64,000 nucleotides of DNA from contig OZ231126.1 in the NCBI GenBank assembly GCA_965153355.1, forward strand, positions 15,872,001-15,936,000, read 5' to 3'. Each line of letters opens with the position of its first letter. The first letter of the stretch is position 1. This document shows, piece by piece, positions 11,717-26,017 of this stretch. Both the position numbers and the translations under genes were made by a program. The stretch comes from Flaccisagitta enflata (lineage: Eukaryota). The notes under the pieces were generated by a model. That model searched no databases. It was not told where the DNA came from and saw only the letters and a program-made list of their open reading frames with translations.

Positions 11717-12148
11717 GAACAAGGTCGGATACCCGGCTACCCCAGTCGAGTGCGGGTGGGCAGGGGCCATATTTGAGGTCACTAGAGCGTTTGGGTAAGA
11801 GAAGTGAGGTGGAAGAATGAAACAAAGCCAACACTTATAAGTCGTGTGCGAGACATACTGACTTACAATGACTTAGAATGCCTGAGAATGATTTGGAATG
11901 ACTTAAAATGACCAAAAAGGACAAAAAATGATAAAATTACCTAATGACCAAAAATGACTTAGAATGACTTAAAACTACTCAAAATGACTCAAAATGACTT
12001 AAAATGACTTAGAATGACTTAGAATGCCTTAGAATGACTAAAAATGACTTAAAGCAATAAAAGTGATAAAAAAATTAGTGTGACCGACTGACCGACCAAC
12101 CGACCGATGTACAAAGCGGGTTGTAGAGTCGCGTGCACGCGACTAAAA
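11717..12148 (-). mobile_element. HINE/DINE-1-like element with internal 10-bp repeats
   Basis: AACAAGGTCGGATACCCGGC at the left, AATGACTTAA/AG repeats (11866-12052), (GACC)n, and the terminal hairpin AGTCGCGTGCACGCGACT followed by AAAA. Confidence 0.75.
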
Positions 12149-12480
12149 ACAAAAAAAGGAGAATGTGACAGACCGATGGATGGACGGATGGACAACGTGA
12201 GTGCAGAGTCGCATAGCACACGACTGAAAATGCTTCAACTTCCTCATGGATATCATCCTGATTAGTTTAGATAAAGCCGAGATGAAACAAAATCGGTGAA
12301 AACATCTGACTCGTTTTTAGTCCAATTTCCAAAGTACCGTGGTTAAATCTTTGTGTCTAAACAACCCAAAATTTAATATTCATATCACAACCACCTCGTG
12401 AGTTTTGATTGAAAATATCTAACTTGCAACTCAGAAAAGTGATTGAAAATCATATGATTTCTTATGGCTAGTATTATTGT

Positions 12481-12636
12481 AACAAGGCCGGATACACGGC
12501 AATCCAGTCGCGGACGGTTGGGCAGGAGCAGTAATGCGAAAGCCGCTCAGAATACAAAAATGTGACGGACAGAGGGACTGACCGACCGACCGACCGACCA
12601 ACACGGCAAGGTGTAGTCGCGTGTCCGCGACTTAAA
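12481..12636 (-). mobile_element. Short HINE/DINE-1-like element; related copies near 13257-13425, 22193-22388, 49941-50245, 52925-53073, 53407-53564, 55090-55257, 55808-55953, 58573-58737 and 62781-62961
   Basis: Read in the family orientation: TTTT-AGTCGCGGACACGCGACT (5' hairpin/subTIR), (GTCG/GTCC)n, CCGTCCGCGACT (subTIR), GGCCGTGTATCCGGCC (3' stem-loop), TTGTT. No TSD. Confidence 0.8.
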
Positions 12637-15600
12637 ATAACTAAGACCAATCAAATAATTGAATTCAGTGTATTTGAGATACTGTTAAATGTCATGCTGT
12701 TGCAAAAATTGGTACACAGGTGTCATTCCACCAAAAAGGCTCATGACTTGCGGAAGATCATTCAGTAAATTCGCTAGTTCATTAAGATGGAGTGAGATAA
12801 TTAAGAGAGTTTAGACTACTCTAACGTGAATTTGAACAAGGCAAGATACACGGCCAATAAGAAGCTGTCGTGGGCAGGGGCAGTAAAGTTGGTGGGCTGG
12901 GACAGCGACGTGCGGGGGCAGTAATGCTTAGATATCACTATTTCAGTCAATAATGCATCTTCTAAAATTTATTAGCCACCTACCCTCCTACCAAGGGACA
13001 CACCCTCCTTTAGTCGCTCAGCAAGCGATTTAATGACCTTTGATGCGAAGCGGTTTATGTGCTCAAATGGAGGCAGGTTGAAAACGGTCGTTTGCCATTG
13101 ATCTTGACGACGTCCAAATAGTCGACACTGGGATGTGTGGGATCGACCTCATGTGGTAAACAGTTGCAAGTGAGCTACCGACGTTGCCGGATCTTTGGTA
13201 TGGTGTGAGAGATAACAGGATTAGGAATAGATAGGAAAATGGGATGATCTTTAGGAACAAGGCCGGATACACGGCCATCAGTTGTGGACGGGTGGGCAGT
13301 GGTGGAAATGCAACTGACCGCAACTAATAATGTTCTAAAACGCTCATTTCCTCACTTTTCGACTCGTGTCCACGGACGGACGGACGGACAAAGCCTCTTA
13401 TAGAGTTGCCTGTCCGCAACTAAAAATTCCAAGTAGCCTATGAAAACGGACCAAGGATTTTCTGAGCTTGGCAAGAAAATTTTTCTGTTTGGCATCTTTT
13501 AGCCGCGTGTAAACACTGTAAACTGCGGCGGGCAGGGGTGTAGTGATATAGCGATAACATAAACCTTGGCGGGTCAGATACTTGGAATTTGGTTTCTTTA
13601 CATAGCAAAATTAGGAAATGTTTTGGTTCACTTATGCAATATTCAAAGGTGTTATTATTATAAAGATAATTATTTTTTGGACGACAGACCGATATTTCAA
13701 CTGATGGACTAGTATGCCAACTTCTTAAGTCACATGTATTCAATATAGATTCCTAACGTTTGCTGTGTAAAGCACCGAAACGTGGTTGTCAAATCCGAAT
13801 AGCTGTTTAATCTCTAGTGAAACAATGGCGGTAGTGATTTGCTTTGGTAAATCATCCTTATGAACCTTCTTGTACTTTCATTATTGAAAAAATTACCGGA
13901 TAGGTTTGTAGTCGCTCCAACTCATCAACAATTTAGTCATCTTTTATGTATTTGCTACATTTGTCTCATCTCACCGATTTTCTTATCATCACGACTGAGT
14001 TTTTTTTGCTTTATCATAATGTAATGAGCTTTTTTAAACCGTTCTTTTTGGTTCAAGCTAAATTATACTTTGTCCTCTTAAACAAGAAGTTAAGCTGAGT
14101 TGAATCTTATTTTGTTAACTCCGGCTTTGTTGAATATCAATGTTGCAAGAAACCTTGATTAAAACTCATTTAATTGACTAAATTGCCATCTTATTCTTCT
14201 GTTGGTGGACAGCCAGAGGTTTCTCTTTAGTCCAATGCGGTTGTCAAATTTTTTACGCATCCTCACATCCCTATAAGAGCCTTAAGAGGCCATGTCTATC
14301 AGTCTGTCTTGTGGTTACTCCATCATTGAAAATGTTCAATTCCAGCCATTCCATAGGATTCTGTCATGTTATCAAAAAAAGTAGTTATTTGAAAAGGACG
14401 CTTTGTTGGCCTCTCTGGCCTTATACCTCCACAGGCTGTTATGTGTGTGAGCGAGTGTGTGTGGACTCAATGGGGTTGCCAAGTAGGGCAAAAAATGGGT
14501 GGAATGATCATGGTAAGCTTTTCTATACCCAAAGTACTAAGAAATATCGAGCTGTTGATCTCATAATCCAATGATGCATCATCACCTTAACTATTTCATA
14601 CTCAAATGTATCAAGGTACTGTGGTATTACTATATAGGAAGTAAGTATACCAGGAAATGACATGAGGCAAGTGATTAATATGAATTGACTGCTTTTATTT
14701 ATTGTAATTGATTGATATCACAATTTCATTTGACATGTGATTAATATAAACTGAATGCTTTTCAAATAGATATCAGGGTTGGTTTTTTACTTTCCTTTCA
14801 TTTTATAAGAATTGAGGCTGAACAAGTTGCAGGCAATTGCGCAGGGCCAGTTATGAAATAAGCCAATCCAGAAATTTGGTTCGGATAAAATTGCAATAAT
14901 TGAAAAAAAAAAAAACTTATAAAATAGGCAGACACTCATATGGACTAACCTATACAGATGTAGCGATTAAAGTTACATCAATGTCACTAAAGATATAAAC
15001 AAAGTGCATTCCTTTCAAAAGCTACACATTTTGGAGGATTGATTTCAGATACATGTAGTGAAGCGCTGCTAGAATAGACTTTGACCTAAATTTCCTAAAT
15101 ATATTTAAAATTTCAAGTTGCTATCTCCAATAGTTCATGAGCATTTGTTTAAGATTTAATAGAAGATAATTGATAAAGGTTTATGCCAATTTGGCTACTT
15201 CCTTTAGACTGGCCTCCTTCAATAAAGAAAAATAATTGTTGGACGAGGTAGGAGCAGCGATGGTTTATGCTTTAATGCACCTGCTTGCTTGCCTGCTAGT
15301 TTTATGGCTCATCATATTGGTATATGTAGTTTTGTTGTAAGGCATAATAACGTCTTGTCTAGATTTTTTCTTTCAATTTTAAGTGCTTAGGGCGCGAAAA
15401 AGTATCAAGGCTGGAGGCATGGCTACTAAAGTGGGTAGGGGCAGTGATAAACAAGCTAACCAATCATTTGGGTGGGCGCAGTACTGCAAAAACCGCCTGT
15501 GAATACTGACCAACTGAAATAGCAGGTTAGTTGCGTGCAAGCAGTTAAGCATTTATTAAGGTAGTAGTCAAAATGAGTCTTATAACATTTCTGTCACGAT

Positions 15601-16138
15601 TTATTCAAATTTTCTTTTTGATAGCCTAATATGATTAAGCAATTCACTGTCATTTATTTGTAATTCAATAGAATATCATGCAAAAATTGATTAAAAGATG
15701 ATGATATCTTTAAATGATCCTCCAGTTTAGGTTGATTTTGCATGGAACTTTCTGTAGTTGAGCGCCTTCAAGCTATATTGCAATTGTCCAGCAGGGTGGG
15801 GATTAAGATCATTTTATTCAGAAACCTATTTTTTTGTACTCATGCTTTCACTCATTAAAATAATAAGATTTGATAACAACCTTTGATAGGGTTATTACCT
15901 CTCATTTGGTTTTGTCTCTAAAAACAATTATTTGTCTTAAATAATTTTAGCGTGTGCTATGATATAAGAACATAAGTTATAACATAGCTTACTTAAATGA
16001 TAATTTTTCAAAAATAAAAACTGATTAGTAATAGCTATTTCAAACCGTATCAGTATATTGATTTTTCCCACTGTATTATGCAAATTAGGTCCTGCAAAGA
16101 ATTTTTTTAAAAAAGATGAGTTTTTATAAAATAATATA

Positions 16139-19100
16139 CCGTCTGAGGATTAAGGTTTTGTAGGGCTTCATAAGAGTGGCGAATCCGGTGGCACCTATCA
16201 TGTTGGGTCTTAAAATGTGCGTATTACCTAGGGGAACATTAATCCAGGCTTGGTTGACCCAATTTCGGGTGCGTGTTCCAATGCCACCAAAAAAACTGCC
16301 CAAAATGGCCGAAAATGGCCTTTTTTGGCCATTTTTGGCCCTTAAACCTATATTAAACTTGGTGGAGAGCCATAAAATTTTGCATGCACATGTGGGAGAC
16401 CCTAATTAAGTTGTATGTAATAAATATTGAAATTTTGAAAATTCTAAGGTACCTAAATTTGAAAAAAACAGTTTTTTTCCAAGTATGGGTCAAGAAAAAT
16501 GATGTCATTACCCCCCTTAATGTTGACCGATTTGGACAAAATTTTTATTGGAGGTACTTCACATCATGGACTACCTCCATGCAAAATTTCATCCAAATCT
16601 GAGCACTTTAAGTGCCCAAAATTCTGTACGACAATCAAAAATTGGAAAAAAATGACTCCCAAAATCGTCTTTGAGCTGGTGGCATTGTCATATTAGGGCA
16701 GGGATGTATGAACCATGGGCCAAAATTCCTTTAAGAGACTGTTGGTGATGCCCCCAAAAAATTTCATGACCCTGGGAGCATTTTTTGGGTGTCAAATAAC
16801 AGTTCTTTGAAGACCATCAGACCAAAAATCGCGGAAATTGCCGATTTTATGCCTTTTCAACCTGTAACCTGTAGAAAAGTTGAAATATGGTCCTGAAATT
16901 TTGCATGCACATGTAAGAGACCCTAATTATGTTTTATGGAAAAAACATGGAATGTCCAAAAAAATTTAAGGTACCTAAATTTAAAAAAAAAGTTTTTTTT
17001 GGGTAAAGTTGAGAAAAAATGATGTCATTACCCCCCTTATTGTCAACGGATTTGGACAAAATTTTTATTGGAGGTAATTCACTGTTTTCTTAAAAAATTT
17101 TAAATAAATCTAAAATAATTTTTTAAAAAAATAAAGAAATAAATCAATTTTTCCTATAATAATGGATTTTGAAATTGGTCGGGGGAAAGCCATGATTTTT
17201 TTCAATCCCATGGTGGACTCTTGAGCATTTTCTTTATCTCTTCAAACCATACAGTGAAGGGCACTTTTGAAGTGCGACCCACCTGTACCTTGGGTCTTGG
17301 AGGTGCATATATATGTATGCGGATACTTTGTGGATATTTTGATACTTTGTATGCTTATATGTATATATGTATGGGTCGAAACCCTTAAAAGTACAGGACT
17401 CCAACTGATGACCAGAAGCTGAGTGGTTTGTTAGAATATAATTTTTATTTTTTTTTTGGACATGTACTAAAAATGTTACCCCTCATGGTGACCTATCATC
17501 CATGATATATCTTTTCTAAAGATGAAGGCCTTTTTTCCCTTTAATCACTAAAAATTATAACCTTAACCAATTGTAGTTCAAATTCACCTATATCCCACCC
17601 CCTAATAGAATAAGGGATAATTGGGATAATGGACACCCTAGTTCCCTTTTTTTTCAATTAGGAAATTTTGACCAAATTTGGGCTGAGTTGGTGGTCCCGA
17701 TCAATGCCAGAAGACAGCTCTAACATACCCTTCCCCTAAAATATTAATTATTTCTCAAAAATATTAAAACATGTTTTTTTAAGATAGGAAATTATGATGC
17801 ATTTAGTAAAAAATATATGCCTAAGGAATTTTGATAGTGTTTCAAAAGACCATATTTTAGGTATGTATGTGTATGTAATGGAAGCTTACACTATATAAAT
17901 GTCCATATTATTTCCGGATTTTTTTCAATTTCTGTTTCCTTTTGATTAATTGTATGAGTTTTATGTAGGATGAATTGTTGCACATGTCACATCATGGACT
18001 ACCTCCATGTAAAATTTCATTCAAATCTGAGCACTTTAAGTGCCCAAAATTCTGTACGACAATCAAAAATTGGAAAAAAATGACTCCAAAAATCGTCTTT
18101 GAGCTGGTGGCATTGTCATATTAGGGCAGGGATGTATGAACCATGGGCCAAAATTCCTTTAAGAGACTGTTGGTGATGCCCCAAAAAAATTTCATGACCC
18201 TGGGAGCATTTTTTGGGTGTCAAATAACAGTTCTTTGAAGACCTTCAGACCAAAAATCGCGGAAATTGCCGATTTAAACCTGAAGAAAAGTTGAAATATG
18301 GTCCTGAAATTTTGCATGCACATGTAATGGACCCTAATTACATTTATGGAAAAAATGTGGAATGCCCAAAAATTTAAGGTACCTAAATTAAAAAAAAAAG
18401 TTTTTTTCGAGTATAGTTAAGAAAAATGATGTCATTAACCCTTATTAGACCGATTTGGACAAAATTTTTATGGAGGTACTTCACATCATGCACTAATGCA
18501 TGTAAATTTCCCAAATTGGAACACTTTAAATGCCCAAAATTCTGTACGAAAGTCAAAAATTGAAAAAAAATGACTCCAAAAATCGTCTTTGAGCTGGTGA
18601 CATTGCCATAATAGGGCAGGGATGTATGAACCATGGGCCAAAATTCCTTTAAGGGACTGTTGGTGATGCCCCAAAAAAATTTCATGACCCTGGGAGCATT
18701 TTTTGGGTATCACATAATAGTTCTTTGAAGACCGTCAGTCCAAAAATTGTGGAAATTTCCGATTTTAGGCCTTTTTTCAACCTGTAACCTGAAGAAAAGT
18801 TGAAATATGGTCCTGAAATTTTTCGTGCACATGTAATAGACCCTAATTATATCTTATGGAAAAAACATGGAATGTCCAAAACAATTTAAGGTACCTAAAT
18901 TTAAAAATAAAAAATTTTGAGTATAGTCGAGAAAAAATGATGTCGTTACTCCCCTTAATGTTGACCAATTTGGACAAATTCTTTATTGGAGGTACTTAAC
19001 ATCTTGCACTACTGCCATGTAAAATTTCCTCCAAATCGGAAATGACTTAAAGGTGTTGGCCTTGTTCTATCATTATTTCTGTTTTTCTATCTTGTGGGAA

Positions 19101-19295
19101 AAAATACTTAAAATTTTGTTATATCAATTATTGTTTGGGGCAATCTTTTGTACTGATGATTAGTGATCATAGTGATAATAGTCCTTGGTCTGTCTGTTTG
19201 TCAGTCTGTCCAGAGACTGCACAATCTGGCGAAGCTAGTTGCATACACTCAACGCAGAATTGTGAATGAAGTAATTTAATCTTTAAAATTGAAAC

Positions 19296-19344
<49 letters not shown>

Positions 19345-21016
19345 ACTCACTCACTCACTCACTCACTCACTCACTCACTCTCTCTCTCTGTGGCCTTGGT
19401 CGGTCATTTTTAGGTCGATGCCGCTTTTTGTTCCTTCTCCAATTTCATCATAAGTCTTCACTTACAAATTTGTCCCTTTTATCGCTTTTATCCAATTTTT
19501 GATTTTTGTACAGAAATTTGGGCACTTAAAGTGCTCCGATTTGGATGAAATTTTTTTACATTGAGGTAGTCCATGATGAAGTACCTCCAATAAAATTTGT
19601 CATTAGATCAACATTAAGAGAGGTAATACTCATTTTTCTCAACTATATAAGAAAAACTTGTAAATTTAGGTACCTTAAATTTTTTGGACATTATGTTTTT
19701 CCATAAAACATAATTAGGGTCTATTATGTGCATGCAAAATTTCAGGACCATATTTCAACTTTTCTTCAAATTTACAGGTTGAAAAAGGCTAAAATCAGCA
19801 ATTTCCGCGATTTTTGGTCTGACGGTCTTCAAAGAACTGTTGTTTTTTAAAAAATGCTCCCAGGGTCATGAAATTTTTTTTGGGCATCACTAACAGTCTG
19901 AAAGGAATTTTGGCCCATGGTTCATACATCCCTGCCCTAATATGATAATGCCACCAGCTCAACACGATTTTTGGAGTCATTTTTCCAATTTTGATTATAA
20001 GTGAATTTTGGGCACTTAAAGTGCTCAGATTTGATGAAATTTTACATGGAGGTAGTCCATGAATTACCTCCAATAAAATTTTGTCCAAATCGGTTGACAA
20101 TAAGGGGCGTAATGACATCATTTTTTCTCAACTATACCCGAAAAAAACTTTTTTTTTTTAAATTTAGGTACCTTAAATTTTTTTGGACATTCCATGTTTT
20201 TTCCATAAAACATAATTAGGGTCTCTTACATGTGCATGCAAAATTTCAGGACCATATTTCAACTTTTCTACAGGTTACAGGTTGAAAAAAGGCCTAAAAT
20301 CGGCAATTTCCGCGATTTTTGGTCTGATAGTCTTCAAAGAACTGTTATTTGACACCCAAAAAATGCTCCCAGGGTCATGAAATTTTTTTGGGGCATCACC
20401 AACAGTCTCTTAAAGGAATTTTGGCCCATGGTTCATACATCCCTGCCCTAATATGACAATGCCACCAGCTCAAAGACGATTTTCGGAGTCATTTTTTTCC
20501 AATTTTTGATTTTCGAACAGAATTTTGGGCACTTAAAGTGCTCCGATTTGGATGAAATTTTACATGGAGGTAGTCCATGATGTGAAGTACCTCCAGTAAA
20601 AATTTTGTCCAAATCGGTCAACTTTAAGAGGGGTAACGACATCATTTTTCTTGACCTATACTCGGAAAAAACCTGTTTTTTTTCAAATTTAGGTACCTTA
20701 AAATTTTCAAAATTTTAAAATTTTTTGAATACAACTTAATTAGGGTCTACTACATGTGCATGCAAAATTTCATGGCTCTCCATCAAGTTCAAGATAGGTT
20801 TGAGGGCCAAAAATGGCCAAAAAAGGCCATTTTCGGCCATTTTGGGCGGTTTTTTTGGTGGCATTCGCTCATGCACCTGAAATTGGGTCAACCAAGGCTG
20901 GATTTGTATTTCCCTAGGTAATGCGCACATTTTAAGACCCAACTTGATAGGTGCCACCGGACTCGCCCTTTTGACCCCTCTAAACTTTGAGCTAGAAATC
21001 CTTATTCCTCAGACGG
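16139..21016. mobile_element. Large foldback-type TIR element with arms built from ~530-bp tandem units
   Basis: TA|CCGTCTGAGGATTAAGG ... CCTTATTCCTCAGACGG|TA. The left arm (16139-19040) and right arm (19480-21016) are reverse complements made of repeated units; for example AAATTTTGCATGCACATGT occurs near 16376, 16896 and 18308. No transposase ORF seen. Confidence 0.85.
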
Positions 21017-22482
21017 TATAGGTCTTTAATTTGACCGATACGAATTAAGTAAACACGGTGAAAAGAAATTCCGTACTTTTGCTATGTGAAGCAACTAAAT
21101 GCTACACTGTGGTGATTAGAGAGGGGAATTTGTCAGGTTATGAATCTTAGCAAATGTAGATATTATGATGTGGGGACAGTTGTGATATTTGATAGGTTTT
21201 TAAGTAGTAAGGGGTAAGTAGTAAGGGGAAACAAAAAATTCATACCTTGTCATATATGATTTTCATAGGGTAATCTCTCCATGAGCTATCTATTAAGCAA
21301 TTTGTAAAAGAAAGTACAAGCCAGGATCGATTTTTACACAAACTAGACTAATATGGTTAACGAAAATTGTTTTGAAATTATTTCCCTTTTCTGCAGTTGA
21401 AAACAGAAGCTTCAAGTTTCTTCATTTTATGCTTAATCTCCCCATAAACATAGAATGATTAGTTTAAGTTTGCATCTCAAAACAGTTCCTGACAGCATAT
21501 AGTCTGTTCTACAAGAGATATCTAAAACTCGAGGGGACCTCGACTATGAATAGCAGTTCCATGGTGTCAAAGTTCTGTTCATGTTTCAACATTCCCATGG
21601 TTCAAAAGTATGGATTTTTTCTAGATTTTTCCCTACTCTCAGCCCCCCCCCCCCCCCGCCCTTGAAAAAACATGTTTATAGGTGTCTTTGAACATATTTT
21701 CACTTATATCGTGGAAAAAAAAAACAACAATTTATCGACATGAAGCTTTTGCTCCACACGGATTTGAGCGCTCCGACAGAGCTCAAGTTTGCTCCCTATT
21801 CTAAAACCTATAACTTAAGGTGGATCAACCTTTGGGCGGTTTAGGCGCTTATGGTGGGCTCAAGGGAGCCCTGCGCCATGTCCCCCCCCCCCAAAAAAAA
21901 AATATATCAAAAGCGTGTGGATGGGCAGGGCCGTATTTGAGGTCACTAGTTTAAGACAGAAGATGTGAGGCCAAAGATAGTGAAAACATGAAAAAAGGAA
22001 AATGTGATAACTGACCAATTGACCAAACAACTTAGGAGCGGGGTGTAATGGCACAGCTTGGCTCTAAAAAGTTAAATTATGATATTAGCTGATTATTCAG
22101 TTACACCTCAATATAACAGACCCAAGAGTGATGGAAATGCGCCTATAACAGTTGAAAAATTATAGTCCCTTCAAGTCATTTTTTTTTGTCTTTTTAGTTG
22201 CGGACACGCAACCCTATATAAAGCTTTGTCTGTCCATTGGTCTTGGTTTGTTGTAGCGTCCTTAACCTTGAGTGGAAAAATGGGTTTTAGATGCTGGGTA
22301 TGGCTGTAGAAGGGGGGGGGGGTGAGTGGGAGTTAGTACCCCTGCCCACCTGTCCGCAACAATATTTGGACCTCGCGTAACTTGTTTATTTGCTGTCGGT
22401 GGTTTGTCTATTAGTTGTTGTCCTTTATTCTGTCCTTTTGTCTCTGTTTCTTTTTCTTTCTCTGTCTCTGTCTCTCTCTTTG

Positions 22483-22569
<87 letters not shown>

Positions 22570-22643
22570 AAAATTTACCAATTGAATTATCGGGAAGGTG
22601 CTTAGTTTTCAAGCATTTAAGGAATTTCTAGAATTCAAATATT

Positions 22644-22831
22644 TAATGAAGTTGAAATTGATTTTTGACAATTTTCCTGGCATAGTACTCAACATGTACA
22701 AGCAAAAGCAACAACAAGCATAAGTGACTCTAAATGGAGAGAGTAAAAGCCATATAGAGTCACTATAACCTCAACACTAATGTTGAGTACTATGCCAGGG
22801 AAATTGTCAGAAATCAATTTCCACCTCATTG
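22644..22831. mobile_element. Small palindromic MITE
   Basis: GAAATTGATTTTTGACAATTTTCCTGGCATAGTACTCAACA is mirrored by TGTTGAGTACTATGCCAGGGAAATTGTCAGAAATCAATTTC. Confidence 0.7.
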
Positions 22832-23267
22832 AAACTGTACCTGGCATCTTATGTCCTTGAAATGTCAAATATTAAAGTTATGCTCACAAAATTTTTGGCA
22901 ATCAGATTTTTGAAAATCTTCTGCAAATTTCATGGGAGGGGGGGTAAAGGGTTTTGGGCCCTTCTCGTGGCTCTCTTTTCCTAAGGCTCTATACTATGTT
23001 GATAAGTCTCAGCCTATGACCTCGCTACTCCCACCCTATTGAGGATTTTTCTGGGCTTAAACAAGGGCTGACATAAACAGACGAATAAGTTTTTTTTTTC
23101 AGCTATAACTACAAATTGTTACTGTACTTTCATGGTTACTTGTTAAGGAACTGTTAATTACCAAAAATTTGCGTCTAATTTCTGTTTTGGGCATGTTTTT
23201 TATGGGTCCATGTAAGACCGCCGAAAAACTACGGCATTTTGCAAGTACAAATATTCGCAAAAGCGTA

Positions 23268-23860
23268 AGATGGTCAGCGATACTCGAGCCCTGCTTAAGT
23301 ATGTTATGCTTGAAGTTGAGGGAGGGAGCAGTGCAGCAGCTCGAAAGGGGTCAATGATTTATGCTTTCACACACAAGGGAAATTTTCTCCTATCAATTGA
23401 GATTTGGGACTCAAGAATGAAATTTGGGCCGTCAAGCTGGGATTAAGGCCTCCAGTCTGGGATTAGGGCCTTGAGCTGAGGCTGGGATTTGCGACTTAAG
23501 GCAGAAGTTTGGGTTTAAGGATGGGATTTGGCCCTCAAGGCCAGGATTTAAGTACGTGGCTAAGATTTGGGCCTCAAGGCTGGGATTTAAGCCTCGAGGA
23601 TTGGATTTGGCTCTCTAGGTTGGGATTTGGGTGGCGAGGGTGGGATTTGGGCCTGAAAGGTGGGATTTGGGCCTAGAGGGTGGTATTTGGGCCTTGAGGA
23701 CAGGATTTGGGCCCGGAGATTGGGATTTGGGCCTCAAGACTGGGATTTAGGCCATGAGACTGGGATTTTAGTTGAAGGTGGGGATGGAGGAGGAAGAGGA
23801 GAAAATTCCCCAGATGTGTGGAAGCATAGGTCATCGACCCCTTCAGGCTGCTGCCCAAAA
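23268..23860 (-). mobile_element. Third copy of the asymmetric subterminal-IR minisatellite element
   Basis: The reverse-complemented tail AAGATGGTCAGCG...GAAGTTGAGGGAGGGAGCAG, IRs at ~23333-23390 and ~23797-23856, and a 21-bp TGGGATTTGGGCCTCAAG-type core. Confidence 0.75.
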
Positions 23861-24909
23861 AGCGTCGTACAATTGCTGGGCTGAAAAATACAATTCCCGT
23901 GGCAACCGGCTGAGAGGCAACTCATCATTTCGCATACCACGAGTTCATGAATCTGGCAAAAGCAAAGAGCTCAATCGGTAACGAATTGGTTGTTTTACAC
24001 ATCCTCGAGGCTTCCGTTTAATCACCTCCCCTTTTCTCTCCCGATTCCGACATTTAAATTTAAGGATCGAATTAGTTAAAGATGTCTCATGTAGGGTAGC
24101 GAGGGGTGGGAGGGGTGGGGGGGGGGGGGGGAGACCACCCCTCGCCCCACCCCTCCCACCTCTCGGTTGAAATTGACCACCCCTCAGTTTACCCCTCCCA
24201 CCCCTCGGTTTACCCCTCCCACCCCTTGGTTAACCCCTGGGTCCACCCCTGGGTCTACCCCTGGGTCCACCCCTGGGTCCACCCCTGGGTCCACCCCTGG
24301 GTCCACCCCTCGGTTTTTTTTTTATACTTCAAAAATTTGATAAAATTGCTAGTTTGCAAATAGTACAAAAATCTTATTTACATATTGCAGTCTCAATACC
24401 TTTAAGTTCAAGGGATTTCATAATTCCAAAAACCAAAAAAGGTGGTGGCGGGGGAGGGTGGTTGTTCAAACTGAAATTGTTTATAAAATGCATAACCATT
24501 ATCTAAACTAAAATGAAAATGTCTACCTCTGGGTCTACCCCTCGGTCTACCCCTCGGTCTACCCCTCGGTCTACTTCCGGGTCTACCACTGGGTCTACCC
24601 CTCGTTTTTTTTTTTAAACATCAAAAATTTGATAAAATTGCTAGTTTACAAAAAGTACAAAAATCTCATTTACATATTGCAGTCTCAATACCTTTAAGTT
24701 CAAGGAATTTCATAATTCAAAAAACCAAAAAGGGTGGTGGTGGGGGAGGGTGGTGGTTCAAACTGAAAATGCACAACTATCATTTAATTTACAGCCTAGA
24801 GAAAAGAAACATTTTACAGATATATATATAGACATTTTTCTCACAGCAAGTAAAATATTTCATTGGTGGTAAAACAAAACTTTCTACCTTCAGCAAATTG
24901 AAATATGCC

Positions 24910-25260
24910 TAACCCCAACACAACCCCTAACCCTAAACCCAACACAACCCTTAACCCTAAACTCAACCCGTAACCCTAAACCTAACACAACCCTTAACCC
25001 TAAACCTAACATTACCCTTAACCCTAAACTTTGACAACCTTTAACCCTAAACCTTACACAACCCTTAACTCGCACCAACAACCCTTAACCCTAAACCTAA
25101 CACAACCCTTAACCCTAAGCCCAACACTACCCCTAACCCTAAACCCAACACTACTTGTAACCCTAAACCCAACACTACCCCTAACCCTAAATCAAACACC
25201 CCTTAACTCTAAACCCGACAACCCTTAACCCTAAACCCAACACAACCCTTAACCCTTAAC
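24910..25260 (-). repeat. Degenerate telomere-like array, C-strand on + (24-bp unit TAACCCTAAACCCAACACAACCCT)
   Basis: Direct reading; built from CCCTAA/CCCTAAA. Confidence 0.9.
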
Positions 25261-25304
25261 TTATGTTTAGTCCTTCATGTTAAACCTAATTAAGACTAAC
25301 TTAA

Positions 25305-25922
25305 CACAGTGGGCCTTAATTGGATATGAGTTCAAAATAATCCTCGATGGTAGTGACTTGTGTAAGTTGGTATAATTTTTAGTGGAGAATAAATGTTGAC
25401 CCTTTAAAAAAGAATTTCCTTGAAATTTTTTGCAAAAATGACTAAAACGTTTTAAATTTTTCAAATATTTGATATAAAACTTAAGGATTTATCTGTTTTG
25501 AATTTTTGATACAAGATTCATTTTCCTGATAAAATTTTCAATCATTTGATAGGTCGCACTATATAGTTTTATTAATAAAAAAAATCTTCAATTTCTATAC
25601 CATTGTTACAAATAAAATAACGGTGGCCTGAAACATGAAAATCTTATTTTTTCATAAAACTATATAGCGTGACCTATCAAATGATTGGAAATTTTACCTG
25701 GAATATGAATCTTGAATCAGAGTTTTAAAATAGATATATCCTTCAGATCTATATGTAAATATAAGGGAAAATTGATAATTTTTAATGAATTTTACAAAAA
25801 TTTTCAAGGGAATTTTTTTTTTAAAGGTCAACATCAATTCTCCACAATGAATTCTACCTACTTATACACGTCACTTCCATCGAGGATTTTTTTGAACTGA
25901 TATCTGATTAAGGCCCACTGTG
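25305..25922. mobile_element. Palindromic MITE with CACAGTG termini and a TTAA 4-bp TSD (Chapaev- or piggyBac-like)
   Basis: TTAA|CACAGTGGGCCTTAAT ... ATTAAGGCCCACTGTG|TTAA with ~290-bp imperfect arms. Confidence 0.8.
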
Positions 25923-26017
25923 TTAAAACAGACCCAAACCCTTTCCCACGAAGGCACTTCATTCATGCAGGTTATTTAAACAGGTTTTTTATGCAAGGTT
26001 ATGATTTCAAATTAAAG

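Noticed and set aside
13063-13323. Isolated exon-like CpG-rich patch
   Set aside because: No recognisable protein, no frame-consistent partner exons found, and the ORF start lies inside a HINE-like repeat.
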